Assembly: GCA_964247055.1 (NCBI GenBank)
Contig: OZ176053.1
Span: 8,184,001-8,248,000, forward strand
Source of the DNA: Paragordius varius
Lineage: Eukaryota > Animalia > Nematomorpha
DNA: 64,000 bases
Direction: 5' to 3'
Part shown: piece by piece, positions 27,001 through 40,522 of the stretch
Layout: each line of letters opens with the position of its first letter
How positions within the stretch are numbered: position 1 is the first letter of the stretch
Made by a program: the position numbers and the translations under genes
Notes under the pieces: model-generated
Databases searched by the model: none
Told to the model about the DNA's origin: nothing
The model's input: the letters and a program-made list of their open reading frames with translations, nothing else

Positions 27001-29661
27001 TGACAAAACTTTTATGACCCCCACCATTGAAACTCTGATACCTACATCCATATTCATTGAACCTCAAACTACTGTTGGTACTGATGGTAAAAATGCTGTT
27101 GTAACATTAATTCAAACAGTTGAACATTTAAACACAAATCAAAATGGACTAAATAACGATGCGCTTAATATACCATTTTACGGCCCAGTAACAAGTTCCA
27201 TAGATGGACAGCTAATTACCGATGAAAAGGTTAGTTGCATATATTAATCAAAATTAAAAAGTTTTTACTAGTAAACATACTCATCCCTATACATTTATAT
27301 ATTATTATAATTAGATGGGACATGTGGATGCTGCCAAATCAAACACAGCCGAAAGGTAAAATATATATTTCTAATGCATTTTTTGCAATTTTAACGATAA
27401 TATTTGGAGCTTTCAAATTATTTAATTTACATGTAATATATATTTTTGGACCATATTGTATAGCCGTACTATTATACAGGTCCATAGACATGGTAACAGT
27501 AAAAAAAAATATTTATTTTTTTTCACTAGATTATTCCCACATGCTAATCAAAAAAATGGTTTGAAAAATCAACGTCCAAAAAGTGAACCACGGCTCCATG
27601 AAACACAACAACAAGGCGAATTATTTGGCACGAACAACACTGTAATAATTAACAAGGTCAAAACGGATGTTTCTAAATCCCAAACAGTTGGCACTTGTTT
27701 CCCTTTGTCCGGTGATAAACCATTTGTCGTGTGTGAAAACACTAACAATATAAATGAAACATCCAATATAAATAAGGAGCAACCTAAAAGCAATTTATCA
27801 AAAACGCACAATGAACAACCTATCATGATTAAAGATGATCCTTACGAATTCCCTTCAACAGATGAAATTGTCAAAACTCAATCACCACCAATCTCTGTCG
27901 TCGCAAAAAGATTGAAATCCGCCTCCAGTACTGCTGTACCACATGAAAGCACTCTGGATGAAATTAAACAAGGAACCCTGGGGATAAAAAATAGCATGGG
28001 AGCTGCAGCAGTCACCAATAATAGTCTAATTACGACAGTAACCTCGAGCACACCTTCAATAGGGACCAATAAAGGTAATTATATATGCCTTTTGGCATAT
28101 ATTCGTATTTTAGTCTTTCGTTTTAAATGGTGTTTTTATAATTGATATATCCTTTTCATGCCTTACTTGTATCCTTTTATTAATTGAACAGGATTTAATT
28201 GATTTTTCATTTTTTAGTATTAACCAAGGATACAGTGGCTGAACATTTTTCAAAATCCCTTTTGATCGCAACCAATTCCACCAATAGTACAATAAGAAAT
28301 GGTATATGTTTTGAAAAAACTTACGTTTTACGTTATTCTTCTCAAATTCTAGTTTAATTTATATGTATTTATAGCCATATCTGTAAAACCATCTTGTTCA
28401 CCGCCTACATCTTTGACTGCGCAAATTACTAAAGAATCTTTGGCTGCAAATAGCGTGCAATCAGCAACTATTCAAGCATTTTTAGCCGCCTTACCAAAGG
28501 ATTCAAATGAAATTGTTGCTCTCAATACATGCTCTAAGTAAGTTTTTTTGATTTATATATTGTTTAATAAAATAAGTAAAACTTAATATAATACGGTAGG
28601 GCAGGCCATTTTATAAAATTACACTAAAGGGCTAATTTTGTCAAAAATTAACGTTTATTTACATTCATGATTATAACATGAAAGAATGGTTAAAGCTTCA
28701 GGCTTCGTTTAATTTTGTTATGCCGATAAATACCGAAGCCCAATTCTATCTACTGTTGCTCTTGGGTATACGAAGAATGTAAAAGCTTTCATAGTTCTGA
28801 ATACGATTTTTTCACCATTGAATCAAAAAGAATTTAAAAAACCTAAACTGTATATTTTTTACATCATAATTATATTATAGTCCCTATCTACAAAAAAGCA
28901 ATAGTCTTCCTTCACATCAAATATCAGCATCCATGTCAGATCGCACCAATCAACATGGTGTTGTTATGAATCAAACTGCCTTCACCAAGCCTAATAACAA
29001 CAATACCAATATTAATAATGATAATCCACACCATACAGCAACAGCAAACCCCAGTTCCAACGGTTTTAGTCATTTTTTCACCAATTTTATCACTCAGTCA
29101 AACACTTTCACCACACTGGCTAATCAGTCAAGCAATCCACTTATTATATCATCATCTAGTGTTATCAACAACAATGGTGGTGGCGGAACTACACCAACAA
29201 AAATTGATATTCTCAATGCCGTTATAGCGCATCAAATATCGCAGACGGTACCAAATGCCGAAAGCATAGAACTTTGGAACCCCATAAAACATGGAATAAT
29301 CCAACCCATCCTTCCGCCCCCACTTTACAACACAAAGGCGACAAAAGTCACACATGAAAATTATAAATCACCATCACAACAAACTAATACAACTACGATA
29401 GACGCTGCAAACAATTATTATACACACTTTCTCCCGCCCCTTAAAAATATCACTCCTTGTACATCTACAATAGATTATGTGGCAAAAAAAGATTTTGATG
29501 TTGTTGCGTCCACAATAATACCCTTATCAACATGTGATAATAATCCTACTAATCATAAGCCAACGACTGAGCAAACCTCATTACCAAACGATGTAATGAC
29601 CAACGTTATTATCACCTCTACAAAGAATATGATAAATGAACAGGAAAAGGCAAAAGCTTGA
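21081..29661 (+). CDS. NCOR: Nuclear receptor corepressor NCoR/SMRT (SMRTER)-like protein, about 1930 aa in 8 exons
   Basis: Phase-compatible exons 21081-23310, 23513-23709, 25330-26580, 26651-27229, 27315-27355, 27530-28074, 28375-28537, 28881-29661. Contains the GPS2-binding coiled coil (IQKLDSHIDALESRI), KAREFFESQYPELR, ARTETDVEEI, the SANT/DAD domain (WNAEEREIFKRSY...PKEF...PVSECVRFYYLTKKRENYK) and a CoRNR-like ILNAVIAHQI. The true start may lie in an upstream exon. Confidence 0.85.
24080..24720. repeat. Dispersed AT-rich repeat family (unclassified DNA transposon remnant)
   Basis: Motifs aaattgggacag, aaaaatggcg and taaattcggc(c/t)taat recur at ~7360-7760, ~31250-31620 (reverse) and ~46750-46900; termini not identified. 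Confidence 0.45.
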
Positions 29662-32372
29662 TATATTCTTTTGTTTTCATCTTAATTTATTCTCGTTGTG
29701 TTTTTTTGAGCGGCATAGTATTATATTTCACATAAAAGTTAAAACAAAAAAACTTAGGGCAGGGAGTTGATGAATCTAATCTGTTACCAAGTATTTTTCA
29801 TTTACAATATAATAAATTAATAATTTTGATGACTATATAAAACAAAATTTCAATCTCTTTCTTTTTTTCATCATTTACTTTTTCCCCAAATCGTATAATG
29901 TATTAAAAAATTACCCATATATGGATATACAAACAACAAAACTAACACAAAAATATATAATGTATTATTTCTTTATCAATCTATAATAATAATTACATAT
30001 AATATTAATTATCATCTACCCTAATTCATACGATGCTTATATGTTATATATTGATATGACAATAAATAACAAAATCTAATTTGGTCTAGAAGATATTTGG
30101 AATTGGTAGATCATTTTTTTTATATGTTTTCTAAAATTTACCATATGTTTTTAATTGTAACTAACATTTCTGTTTTTTGTAAAACCTATCTAAGAATTAA
30201 TTTTGGATAAGGTTTATTACTTAATTTTATCTATTTGGAAACGATATAATTGAGTACAGTTGTTACATTATTTAAAAGGGTAAAATATAAGTTAAAAGGC
30301 TTGCAATTATTTCATGTTTTAAAAAAACTTTCTAATGGTCCATATTTCAGATAGTTTAAAAAATCCATAGGAAGCCTAAAATAAGTATTAATAACCAAAT
30401 AATTATGATTGATTTTTAAAGCTTCTTGATAGGCAAGTATAATAAAGTTTCGAAAAATTTAGTCAATGTATGATATATCTAAAGAACAGGATCCATAAGA
30501 GCTAACACCGTAAACCAAAGTGAATGGTGGACACATCTGTACATGAGATCCTCTAAGATTTTGACGAAATTACTTGTTTATCATAGATTTTTTCACATAT
30601 GTACCATTTACAACTCAAATATAAACTTGAGCACTTCAAAATCACCTTCAAACATTTCATATTCACCCTTAATTCTTAATTCACCCTAAAAATATATTTG
30701 TTTTTAAAAATTAAAAAATATTTATATTTTATGTTACAAAAGGAAACTTTGTTTAAAATTGCCATAATGAGGAAGATATTGATATATTCTTTTCTGTAAA
30801 AAATAAGTTGATACAAAAATTATTTTAAGGATGAAATTGTAATAAAAGATGAATTTGAGGGTATATATGTTTAAAATAAAAAATAACGTTACTACTAGAG
30901 TCAGAATTTTAGAAATGGTTTCAGTACTAACGTTGTTCAAATAAATATTTTACATTTTGGTTTCTTTTTTTAGAATATACAAATAGTTAAATTGTCCGCA
31001 ACGATTGCTTAATAAAGTTATTAATTTGATTTTACAATTAAACACATATTTAATTCGGTAAAAATGTAAATTATAAATTATCCAATCGTAAAACTATTTT
31101 GCAAAAGTTTAATGGATGAGAAAAAGGGAAAAATTGTAATTTTGCGATAACGGCAAATTGATTGGAACTGAAACGATTAGTTTTTTTTGAAATAAAATTA
31201 TTGTTAAAATAATAATTTTTATAATGTTAATCTATTTTAATATTTAACACTACATGACCTTTAAGTTTTATATCTCAGAGCAATTTGAATATCTTACCAA
31301 GTAATTTAAGGTATTAAGCCGAATTTAAAAATATGTTTTCTATAACCTTTTAAGCGCATAATAAAATTTTTTAAAAAAAATGTTAAATTCGCCGCCGTTT
31401 TTTTGACAAATTTTGATCGCTAATGCAACAGGGAAAATGAATATTATAAAAATATATAATTTAATAAAGCTTTGAGGCTTTTACCAGCAAATATTTGATA
31501 TATTGTGAGTTTAATATCATTTAATCGTATTTTGTAACTGTCCCAAATTTAGACTCTAGAAGTCACAAAACTTTAAATATAAGTCTTTTTATCCAATTCA
31601 TGAGAACAAGGTTTGATTATTTAATTTATACAAAATGAGCTCTGGGATATAAAATTATCCGAGTAAACTAGGAATGAAAAGGTTATTCAAGTTGAGGAAA
31701 GTGAAGTGCGATTTTTTTGTAATTTATGGTTTATTTTGGTGGCCTTTTTAGAATTCTTTATAAAAAGAATGTTTTATGCTGAAAAAAGTGGGGTTTAAAC
31801 TTTACAATAGAAAAACAAATGTAAAATAACAAAAAAACATCTGATCATTATTTATATAAAACTTTTTATATGGAGTAAAAAGTAAACTTAAATAATACCA
31901 TTTATCTAAACCTATGTGACAATTAAAAATCTTCCGTTTCAATTACTTGAAAAATTATTATTCAATAAAAACATTATCTATCATATAATAATTTGAATTT
32001 GTCAACAACATTACAATTAAAGTATATTAATATCGTGTATTCGTTTGTTTAGTGCTACATGTCAGTGGCTAAACGGAAGACTGGGGCAAATGCTGTGAGC
32101 TCTTCGAATCAAATTTGGTTTTCAAAACAATACGCTTTATATCAATAGGGAAAAAATTTGTTATAGATTAATTTATTTGTCATTATATTTGAAGAGGTAA
32201 GATAGTATAAACGTGACAGAATTAAATTCGCATAAAAGACATTTTATACCGGAATCAGATTCGTATATTTTATAATGTTGTCAACAACATTCATAACGGC
32301 TTTCAGAAAATTAACACTCAAAAAAATTTAGAAAGTGTTACTCAACATCAGCTAGTACGTGGTATAATACAT

Positions 32373-33089
32373 TTATTTATTGAGCAAATCAATTCGAATA
32401 AAATCAACATTTACATCCACGCTTTCATATTTGTGAAATTGATAAATGGGAGGTATATTAAAATTTATTTGGCATAAAACTTCAAATGAGAAACCTTGAT
32501 TTTTAACAAACTTTTCTATGTACTAGGAATAAAAAATATTTTTATACGGTTCTTGTGCTTGATTTGTGTAATGAATATACTGCACGCTTTGCATTTTGGC
32601 ATGCTGATTTCAAAAATGCCACATCAATACCTATCATTAACAAACAAAAAACCTTTATTATTTTTAGTGCCAAAAGGTGGATTCATTATTATCGTGTCAA
32701 ACTTCTGACTACTATGGAAAGATAATATATCACAAATTAAAAGATCGATTGAAGAAAGAGAAAATTGTGATATATTAGTTTTTGCAAGGTCTAAAACATC
32801 GCCATCAATATCTATTCCAATGCAACTAAAAATGTAAAATTCTGTACCTACAATTAGAAACTAAAGCGCATGCTATGGAAAGTATTCCGGAACCACAACC
32901 AAAATCGCCAACTATACAGTTTTCTAAATCATCTCTAAATTGATTATAAATAAGGAATGCTAAATTTGCTAAATTTTATCTAAAAATACCAGAAATTTCA
33001 GGCGTTGTATTGTATTGCTCCAATATTAATTTGGGTTTTTCAATCAATTCCACATTTTCCAGCAAAGCATGGAGTTTTTTTAATTTCAT
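32373..33089 (-). CDS. METTL5: rRNA N6-adenosine methyltransferase METTL5 (18S m6A), 5 exons
   Basis: Exons 33089-32990, 32968-32848, 32825-32653, 32630-32548, 32522-32373 give MKLKKLHALLENVELIEKPKLILEQYNT...VGDFGCGSGILSI...IGIDID...[23 protein letters not shown]...AVYSLHKSSTR...HKYESVDVNVDFIRI. SAM-binding GxGxG and NPPF motifs are intact. Confidence 0.95.
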
Positions 33090-33128
33090 AACCACAGCCT
33101 TGTAAATTCATAGCTACATACAATCATC

Positions 33129-36100
33129 ATGAGCTTAACTACAACGCGAGTAAAATATTTGATTATTTAGAATATTGTTAAAGTTGGATCTGCCGTTTAT
33201 CAAACCATTCCGGATAGTTCATTTAGGGTAAATTTTAGTATATTTTAGCATGATGAACTAGTTGTTCAATTGGATAAAACGCCTCCACAGAATAATACGC
33301 ATCAAAAATTGGTGTTTGGAAAAAATTTTAGTCCGCACATCCTAGATATACATTGGAGTGTAAAGTACGGATGGAGTAAACCGCTAATTTTACCGTTTCA
33401 AAATTTGAAAATAAACCCAGCAGTGAAGGCATTACATTATGCCATACAATTGTTTGATGGAATGAAAGCCTTCAGAGGAGCAGATGATAAAATTAGGTTA
33501 TTTCGCCCAGAACTCAATATAAAACGAATGCTGAAAGGGACCGAAAGGCTAGCCTTACCTGTTTAATTGATTTTAACCACTTAATAATTAGGCTTTTGAT
33601 GGTCAAGAATTCCTTAAATGCATTAAAGCTTTGGTTAATGTTGATAGAGATTGGGTCCCTCATCCCGGTGACAGTGCAATAAAGTCGCTCTATATCAGAC
33701 CTACCTTTTTGGGAACCGAAGTAATTTTTTATTTTATTTTGCATTATTCAAATATTACATCATTACACAATTTATAATGGACCACACCTCCTTTTTATTT
33801 GTTTGTTTGTTTACATTATTTTTTTTCTATGGTGCGCAAATTATGTACTGCATAAAATGAAATAACGTTTTAACATTGTAATCGAAATAAAAACATTTGC
33901 CAAAATATACATTAGTAATTTTTGTAATATGTATTACACAGCTAGTTTCACATGATTCAATAATATATTTTGTGTTTTGCAATAATCGGTAATTTACATT
34001 TTTTTAAACATGCATTACAAATATAAAATGGTTTTTCCTGATCAAAAAATTTGAATTTTTGCCAATTATTAAGCAATATATCTCCAATTTTGATATTAAA
34101 AATAAAACATATTACAATTATTTAAAGCAATAGAGGAACTGGATCTATTTAAATCTTTTAATAAAAAAATAATTTAAATTGGAACAGGTTTTGATTTCTT
34201 GTAAAAAATAATTTACTACAAAAAATAACCGTATTAATGTTATTAAAAGTAAAAGTTTTGTTTGCGATAAATAAACCATACAATTACGATTTTTTTTGAA
34301 AGAAATTCTAAAGCAATCATTTTTTTCGCAAAACAATTTCTAAAGCCTACCCTAGGTGTTGCACCATCCTCAACGGCACACCTGTATGTTTTAACTTCAC
34401 CGGTGGATTCATATTATTCGCATGATGATGAAGCCATATCCCTGTACACTGACCCCAGATATGTGCGCGCCTGGCCCGGAGGTGTTGGAGATATCAAATT
34501 GGGCTCGTAAGATGCTTTTTATGTTAACTTATTTCCAAATTTTCTAAGATTAATTTGAAGGTTCATGAATGATGGTAATTGCAATTTCTCAAAAATATAA
34601 TATTTTAGTAATAACAGTTGTAAAATCCATAATATATTGATAATCGAAAATTAAATAGAAAATTAATTGAAATACTATTACTAAAGAGAAATTATAAACG
34701 ATATGGGAAACCCTTTCGAATAGTAATCGCAGACTTGTTTCGTGCTTGTTAGCACTCATCTGTACGACACAACTATTTGACTTGGGGTTTTCACATATCG
34801 ATTTCATATATAAATCCATCTCTGCAATTTTGGTATAAATGCAGTCGGTTATACGAATTTAAATTAAATTTAATTGACATACATGAAAATTAAACTGAAA
34901 ATTTGAAAGTAAACTGAAAAGTATCATTATATTACGGATTTTACAACTGTTATTACAAAACATAATCTATCCGTCATTTACCATTACTATATTATTTTAA
35001 GTTTCGAAAATTTAATATCAGTTTACAATAATCATCTTTTTTAGTTTGGAATAGTTTAAACACCCGAATAAAATTTTTATATATGTTCTCAGAAGGTCAA
35101 AAAATTCCCGAAAGGGTATTTTGATGCTGCTTAACGCCTACGCTTTCAAATTTTTATTTTTTAGAGATTTTGATATAAAATAGTTAATATCATAATGATC
35201 GGATAAAATGCATCGAATTTATCATTCATAAATTAATGATTTTTATCACAACCAATTCATCAGTAAAAGTATTTTAAATGTGCTTTTTATGGGAAACATT
35301 TATTTATTGTTGTTAACAAGTTTTAAAACGGTATTAAACTACTGCAATTGCCTGTATTTGTATCAAAACTTATTCCCATTTTTTTTATTTGCATTCATAT
35401 ATTTTAGAAACTATGCGCCCACAGTCTACCTTCAGAAACAAGCTAATGAATTGGGTTATCAACAAGTATTGTGGTTATATGGTCCAGAATATCAAATTAC
35501 AGAAGTTGGAACCATGAATATTTTTATGTTTTGGGTTAATCCGAGTGGAAGTATAAAAATTCATTAGAATAATGTGATTAATTTTAATGATTCCCATTTT
35601 GGTTAATTAAAATTTTCTTAAGTTATTTAAATAATCATTCTTTATGTTGAACATGATTTAAATTTCCCGGTATATTGAATTGACTTTTTTTTAATTTAAG
35701 TAAAAAGGTAAGATAATTGTTATTACATTATTTAATTTTATTATAGAATTGGAATTAATAACAGCCCCTTTGGATGGTTTGATCCTTCCCGGTATTACTA
35801 GACAAAGCATTCTTGAATTAGCAAGGAGTTGGGTTTTTTAATTTTTAATCAATATTTTCCTACATTATTTTATGTGTAAATAAGAATATATATTTTATAA
35901 CCTATTTTTTTCAGAATGAATTTGAAGTTTCAGAACGCACTTATACCATGAATGATTTAATACTTGGATTAAAGGAAAATAGGGTATAAATTTATACTAA
36001 TTTTTTATGCTTTCTTCATAATTTTGTCTACATCAGGGGTGTTCAACACTGATGGCTTGTCCAGCCGCATTTTTAACTCAGAAAATACGGTGGGCCGCAT

Positions 36101-37418
36101 TCGAAATACATATATGGGCATTCACAAATATTTTATTAGATTTTAAATAGAATACTATGAAATGCAAATTCAATATAACAATTTTTACTATATCGTTGCC
36201 AATTGAATAAACCTATTTAGAAAAATTGTTTATGTAATATTAATTTTACTAAGATTTTGTGAGCATAATTTTACAAATTAGGAATTTATAAATTTTTCGC
36301 GGGTCGCACATCGGAGGGCAGTGTGTGTTGGATATGATGCCAACCACATATTTTTAAATACAGTGGACCCCCAATAATGAACCCTCTTATAATAAGCTAT
36401 ATAAAATAAACTGCCCTTATTATGCGGCTATGTTGATCAGTATGCACTTTATGCTTTTTTTTAAATCATACTTTTTAAATTATTGGTTTGAGTTGAGTAT
36501 ACTTCCCCACAAACTTGCTATTTATAGATTTTACCTCATATTGAGCCAAAAATTATTATTATTATTGGAAAAAAACTAAATATTGATTGCAAATTTTAAA
36601 AAGAATATATTTTCTAAAAGGGTTATGCGGATATTGAGCCAATATTTTATTGCATGATTCGAGTCATTTGCGGTCCATTCTACCTAATAAAATTTTTATC
36701 TGCATTCATATTTTGATTAATTTTAGCGATTGATATTAATATATATATATATATATATAATAAATATTTTTTGCATTTAAATTAAAAAAAAGTTAGTGGT
36801 ACAATTTTTTCTTGATGGTTAGGTCAAAGAATTTTTTGGGACAGGAACCGCTGTAGTCGTTACACCAGTTAACAAAATACTCTTTAAGAATCACGTTTAT
36901 GAAATTCCTACGATGAATCAACCCAAACCCTTGTACAAACGTATTATGAAAACTTTGACTGATATTCAAGTGATATATTTTTGATTTTTGTTGTTTAGTT
37001 TAATATATTTTGGGTAAAATCGTGGTAGTTAAGAGCATTAAAAATAATTATGTCAATAGTTAAGTTTATTATTTAAAAATGTAATAATTTTTAGTTAAAA
37101 GTTAATTTAATTTTTTTTAGAATCATATTTTATAATCGTAAAACTTTACTACATTGTTATGACATAGTAGTTTAAGTTTCCCAATTTTTTTCGGATTAGT
37201 GATTGCCATTTTTCAACTTTTTTTGCATTAGACAAGCATTTTTTAAGAAATTTATAGATATTAATATCTTGATAACTCTTTTAAAAACATATTCTCTCTT
37301 ATTTTTACGTAAATATTAAAATAATTTGGAAAAATAATTGTTTAATTACAAGTTTTATACCTCCTACAATTTTTAGTCGGGCAGGACAAATCATCATGAT
37401 TGGACAATGGAAATTTAA
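33129..37418 (+). CDS. BCAT: Branched-chain amino acid aminotransferase, 10 exons
   Basis: Exons 33129-33149, 33171-33227, 33249-33560, 33592-33720, 34346-34506, 35408-35550, 35747-35832, 35915-35983, 36823-36969, 37377-37418. Motifs [47 protein letters not shown] (PLP lysine), [35 protein letters not shown]. Confidence 0.96.
36034..36340 (+). mobile_element. hAT-like MITE inside a BCAT intron
   Basis: Starts CAGGGGTGTTCAAC; internal gggccgcatt...aaatatgggca...acaaatattttatt.gattttaaa is shared with the 8053 and 58563 copies. Confidence 0.6.
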
Positions 37419-38113
37419 CAGCCTTTGACAATGCATCAAACTAATTTAAGTCATTCACATCTAATCAGTATTATATATGAAGAAACCGACATTTAATTGA
37501 TTATAATACAGTTTTATTTTAAATTTTTTTATCATCCATTAAAAACAGTAAACTTGGAAAAGATAAGCGTAAATATGTAAAGATTAAAAAGCTGCAATAA
37601 AAAAATAAAACACTGACAATTTTTTGTAAAGTCCTCCTTGTTTTTAAATTCAATTTTTTTTAATATGGGATAAAGAAATTTTTAACTTCACAACCTCCTG
37701 TTCTACAAAAATGATTGTATTGTTGTTAAAAATAATAAGGAATAAAAAATATGGTTGATTTTATAAAGCTAATAGCCTTTTGCCGCTTTATATTAAGAAA
37801 CTTAGGCTTTTACTTTACATATTTCACGCGTTACCTTTTCCAATTTTATTGATTTCATTATTGGTATCATTTTATGTATAATAATTAACTTATATCACAT
37901 GATTTATATTATTATCACATATTAAATTATGTATAACATTAATAAATGCACATTTTCATATAATTTTATATTTTTATATTGATATAAAAATTTTATGACG
38001 TAAATAGTGGTGTTAAAACCGATGCATTCAAAACATAATACATCGTTGGCGCTATTTAATTTAAATTTTTTTATCCTGATACCATATTTTATTATCTATT
38101 GTTTGGTGCTAAC

Positions 38114-38648
38114 TAGGGTTGTGCATTTGACTGCTTTTTCAAAAAAAGTCCGGTCAGACCATGGTCATGACCACTTTTTACTCAAAGCATGCGATATTGG
38201 ATTGTCAAAATAATGTTCGAATTACACTTGCGTTTCACGAATAATGTCACGTTTTTTTAAGTTTATATTATACATTTTTTTAATATTAATTATTTACAAA
38301 TATTTTCAATCAAATATCAATATGTTTTCTAATGAATTTTGCCACATATTTGTGGTCTTCTGAATCTTTAAATGCATATTCAAAATAACTGGATATGCTT
38401 AAATCCTAATGTTATAAGGATGGTTGTTAAACAATATTTAATATATTGTTAAATAAGCATATTTAAATATTTAATTTTTATTTTTTAAAAAATATATTAA
38501 AAGGCAGAAAATTCTTACTATCTCTCTTACAAAATGGCAATTTTTCAAAAAACAGCTGTTTTTTGAAATGACCATGGTCAAAAAATAAACACTGGTCAAG
38601 TCATGACCCGGTCAATTGACCTGGTCTCACTTGGTCAGCACAACCCTA
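38114..38648. mobile_element. TIR element (TAGGGTTGTGC ... GCACAACCCTA), hAT-like
   Basis: 11-bp terminal inverted repeats plus many subterminal TGACC/GGTCA motifs at both ends; TSD not evident. Confidence 0.6.
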
Positions 38649-38689
38649 ATCACTACATTCAAATTGTTCAATGTCATCTTAGTCCCATC

Positions 38690-38830
38690 TTTTATCATGT
38701 CTAACTACCTTATCGGTGGTCGTCCACGTTTCCTTTGTCTTTCTATCGTTCCAAACATTGTGTCTTTCTCTAAAGAATTCGATCGCATGACATGACCAAA
38801 ATATGTTAACGTTCTTTTTAGAATTATCTT
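38690..38830 (-). mobile_element. 3' fragment of an RTE-type non-LTR retrotransposon
   Basis: Minus frame RTLTYFGHVMRSNSLEKDTMFGTIERQRKRGRPPIR resembles the C-terminal FGHV.R...LEK...G..EG.R.RGRP motif of RTE ORF2. Confidence 0.7.
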
Positions 38831-39479
38831 AAAATGTTTGTTTGAGGATTTATTTGTGTACTTAGATTTATTCTTATAATTAATTTGTATTTTTAATAAA
38901 CTTAGGGACAAAAATCGTTTATTTACTGAACACAATGGATGTCTTTTACCTGGCTTTTCTAACTATATAATCTGCGTCCGAAATCGGGGGCGGGGGGTAA
39001 CCTGATGAAATATCTATTCTGACCGGAAAATGTTACAGGATTATCACAGTGCTTTTGGTTTCTCTTAAGAGAGAATTAGGAAAGTATTAACACATTTGTG
39101 GTAACTGTTAATTTGCGCACATTTTTTAAATAAAATTTTTTTGGTGAAAAAGTGCTTTATTCCGAAAAATCTTACTAATATATATCCGAAAATATATATT
39201 AACAACAAAACAATATTTTTAAAAATTAAATTTTTTAATGTTGGCTTCGAAATCCCCAAATTTTTTCACTCTTCGAAAATGGGCCAATTCTGTTAAAATA
39301 TGCCAAAATTGCGCGATAAAAATTTTTAATATATGCTAAAATATCAATTAAAAATATTTTTAAAATAATCCATACTTTTTCAAAAATATAATTTTTATTA
39401 AAATTTTGTTGAAGCGTACTTCATACTATTTTGAAGCCTGATGGAAACGTATTTAAAATGCTTTGAGGCATCACATTTT

Positions 39480-39770
39480 TTAAAGGCCAAAATACACAAC
39501 GCTATGGCCAATATAATTTAAACCTTGCATCGAAAAACGACCGGAATGGGCCAGAAAGTATATCAAACTGATTTCGCTATATATGGATCAGTCTCACACA
39601 GCGAAACCAGTAAAAACCTTAAAATTGCTGGGGTGGGAAATTTCGCATCCGCCATACTCTCCTGATCTTGCGCCATATGACTATTACTTCTTCGTCTCAA
39701 TTTGGCACGCGCTTGCAGAACAGGTCTTTGATTATTTTAAAAACGTTGGAATATGGCATGGTTAATAGTT
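39480..39770 (+). mobile_element. Decayed mariner transposase fragment
   Basis: HTAKPVKTLKLLGWEISHPPYSPDLAPYDYYFF contains the mariner HPPYSPDLAP.DY signature. Confidence 0.85.
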
Positions 39771-40522
39771 TCCCGTAAAAATAATGAGTGTTAAATGTTT
39801 AGGAGCCTATGGACATTTTAAAAAAAAAAAATGTACTTTAACCAAAATACGGGTAACTATAACCTAAATATATAATGAATTCATTAATAAAGTATATTTA
39901 TGATATCTTCTTTATCATAATAAAAATGAAAGAAAAATCAAGAGGCGCACTTTTTTATGAGTAAAATATTGCTTATTTTTTCTAAATATTACGATGTGGA
40001 AAACTTTTAGGGGTGGTTTTTCGGCCAAATAAGTAATACCTTTTAGCGAATATAGACTTTTTTGTGATACTTCGTGAGATTCCTATTTTTCACAAAAAAA
40101 TACTTAATTTTTCGAACATTTAACTCAAGAACATCATTGATTAAATATCCTAATAGTTAACAAATATTTTTTTTGTAAGTTTTGAAATATGAGTATTATG
40201 AGCATTAATATTAAGCCTAAAGCTTTTAAACTATTTTACATGTTCCGGGCATAGATTCAAATTGTACATCTTATAATTTACTTGAAAGGGTTATTTATCA
40301 TTGTTAAAACAAAAGAATAAACAGTAAATCGTTTAAATTTATAAAAACAATACAACTCCAGGTGTATAAATTACAGGTGAAAAAGATTTCATGATATGCG
40401 CACAAGTAAAGTGTATTTCTTTTTTCATTGAAGGGGGAGAATTTCAAAGTAGAGTTTAATTTTTTTTAATTAGAAAAACGGCCATAAAATATATATATCA
40501 TAAAATTTTTATAAAATAATCT

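Noticed and set aside
21130-29355. Overlapping antisense and alternative-frame ORFs within the NCoR exons
   Set aside because: Shadow ORFs of long GC-richer exons; the main frame is fixed by homology and phase-consistent splicing.
32052-32234. Plus-strand frame with an in-frame TGA (QML*ALRIKFGF) as a possible selenoprotein
   Set aside because: No start codon or upstream acceptor, no CxxU or other selenoprotein context, and no SECIS recognisable by eye.
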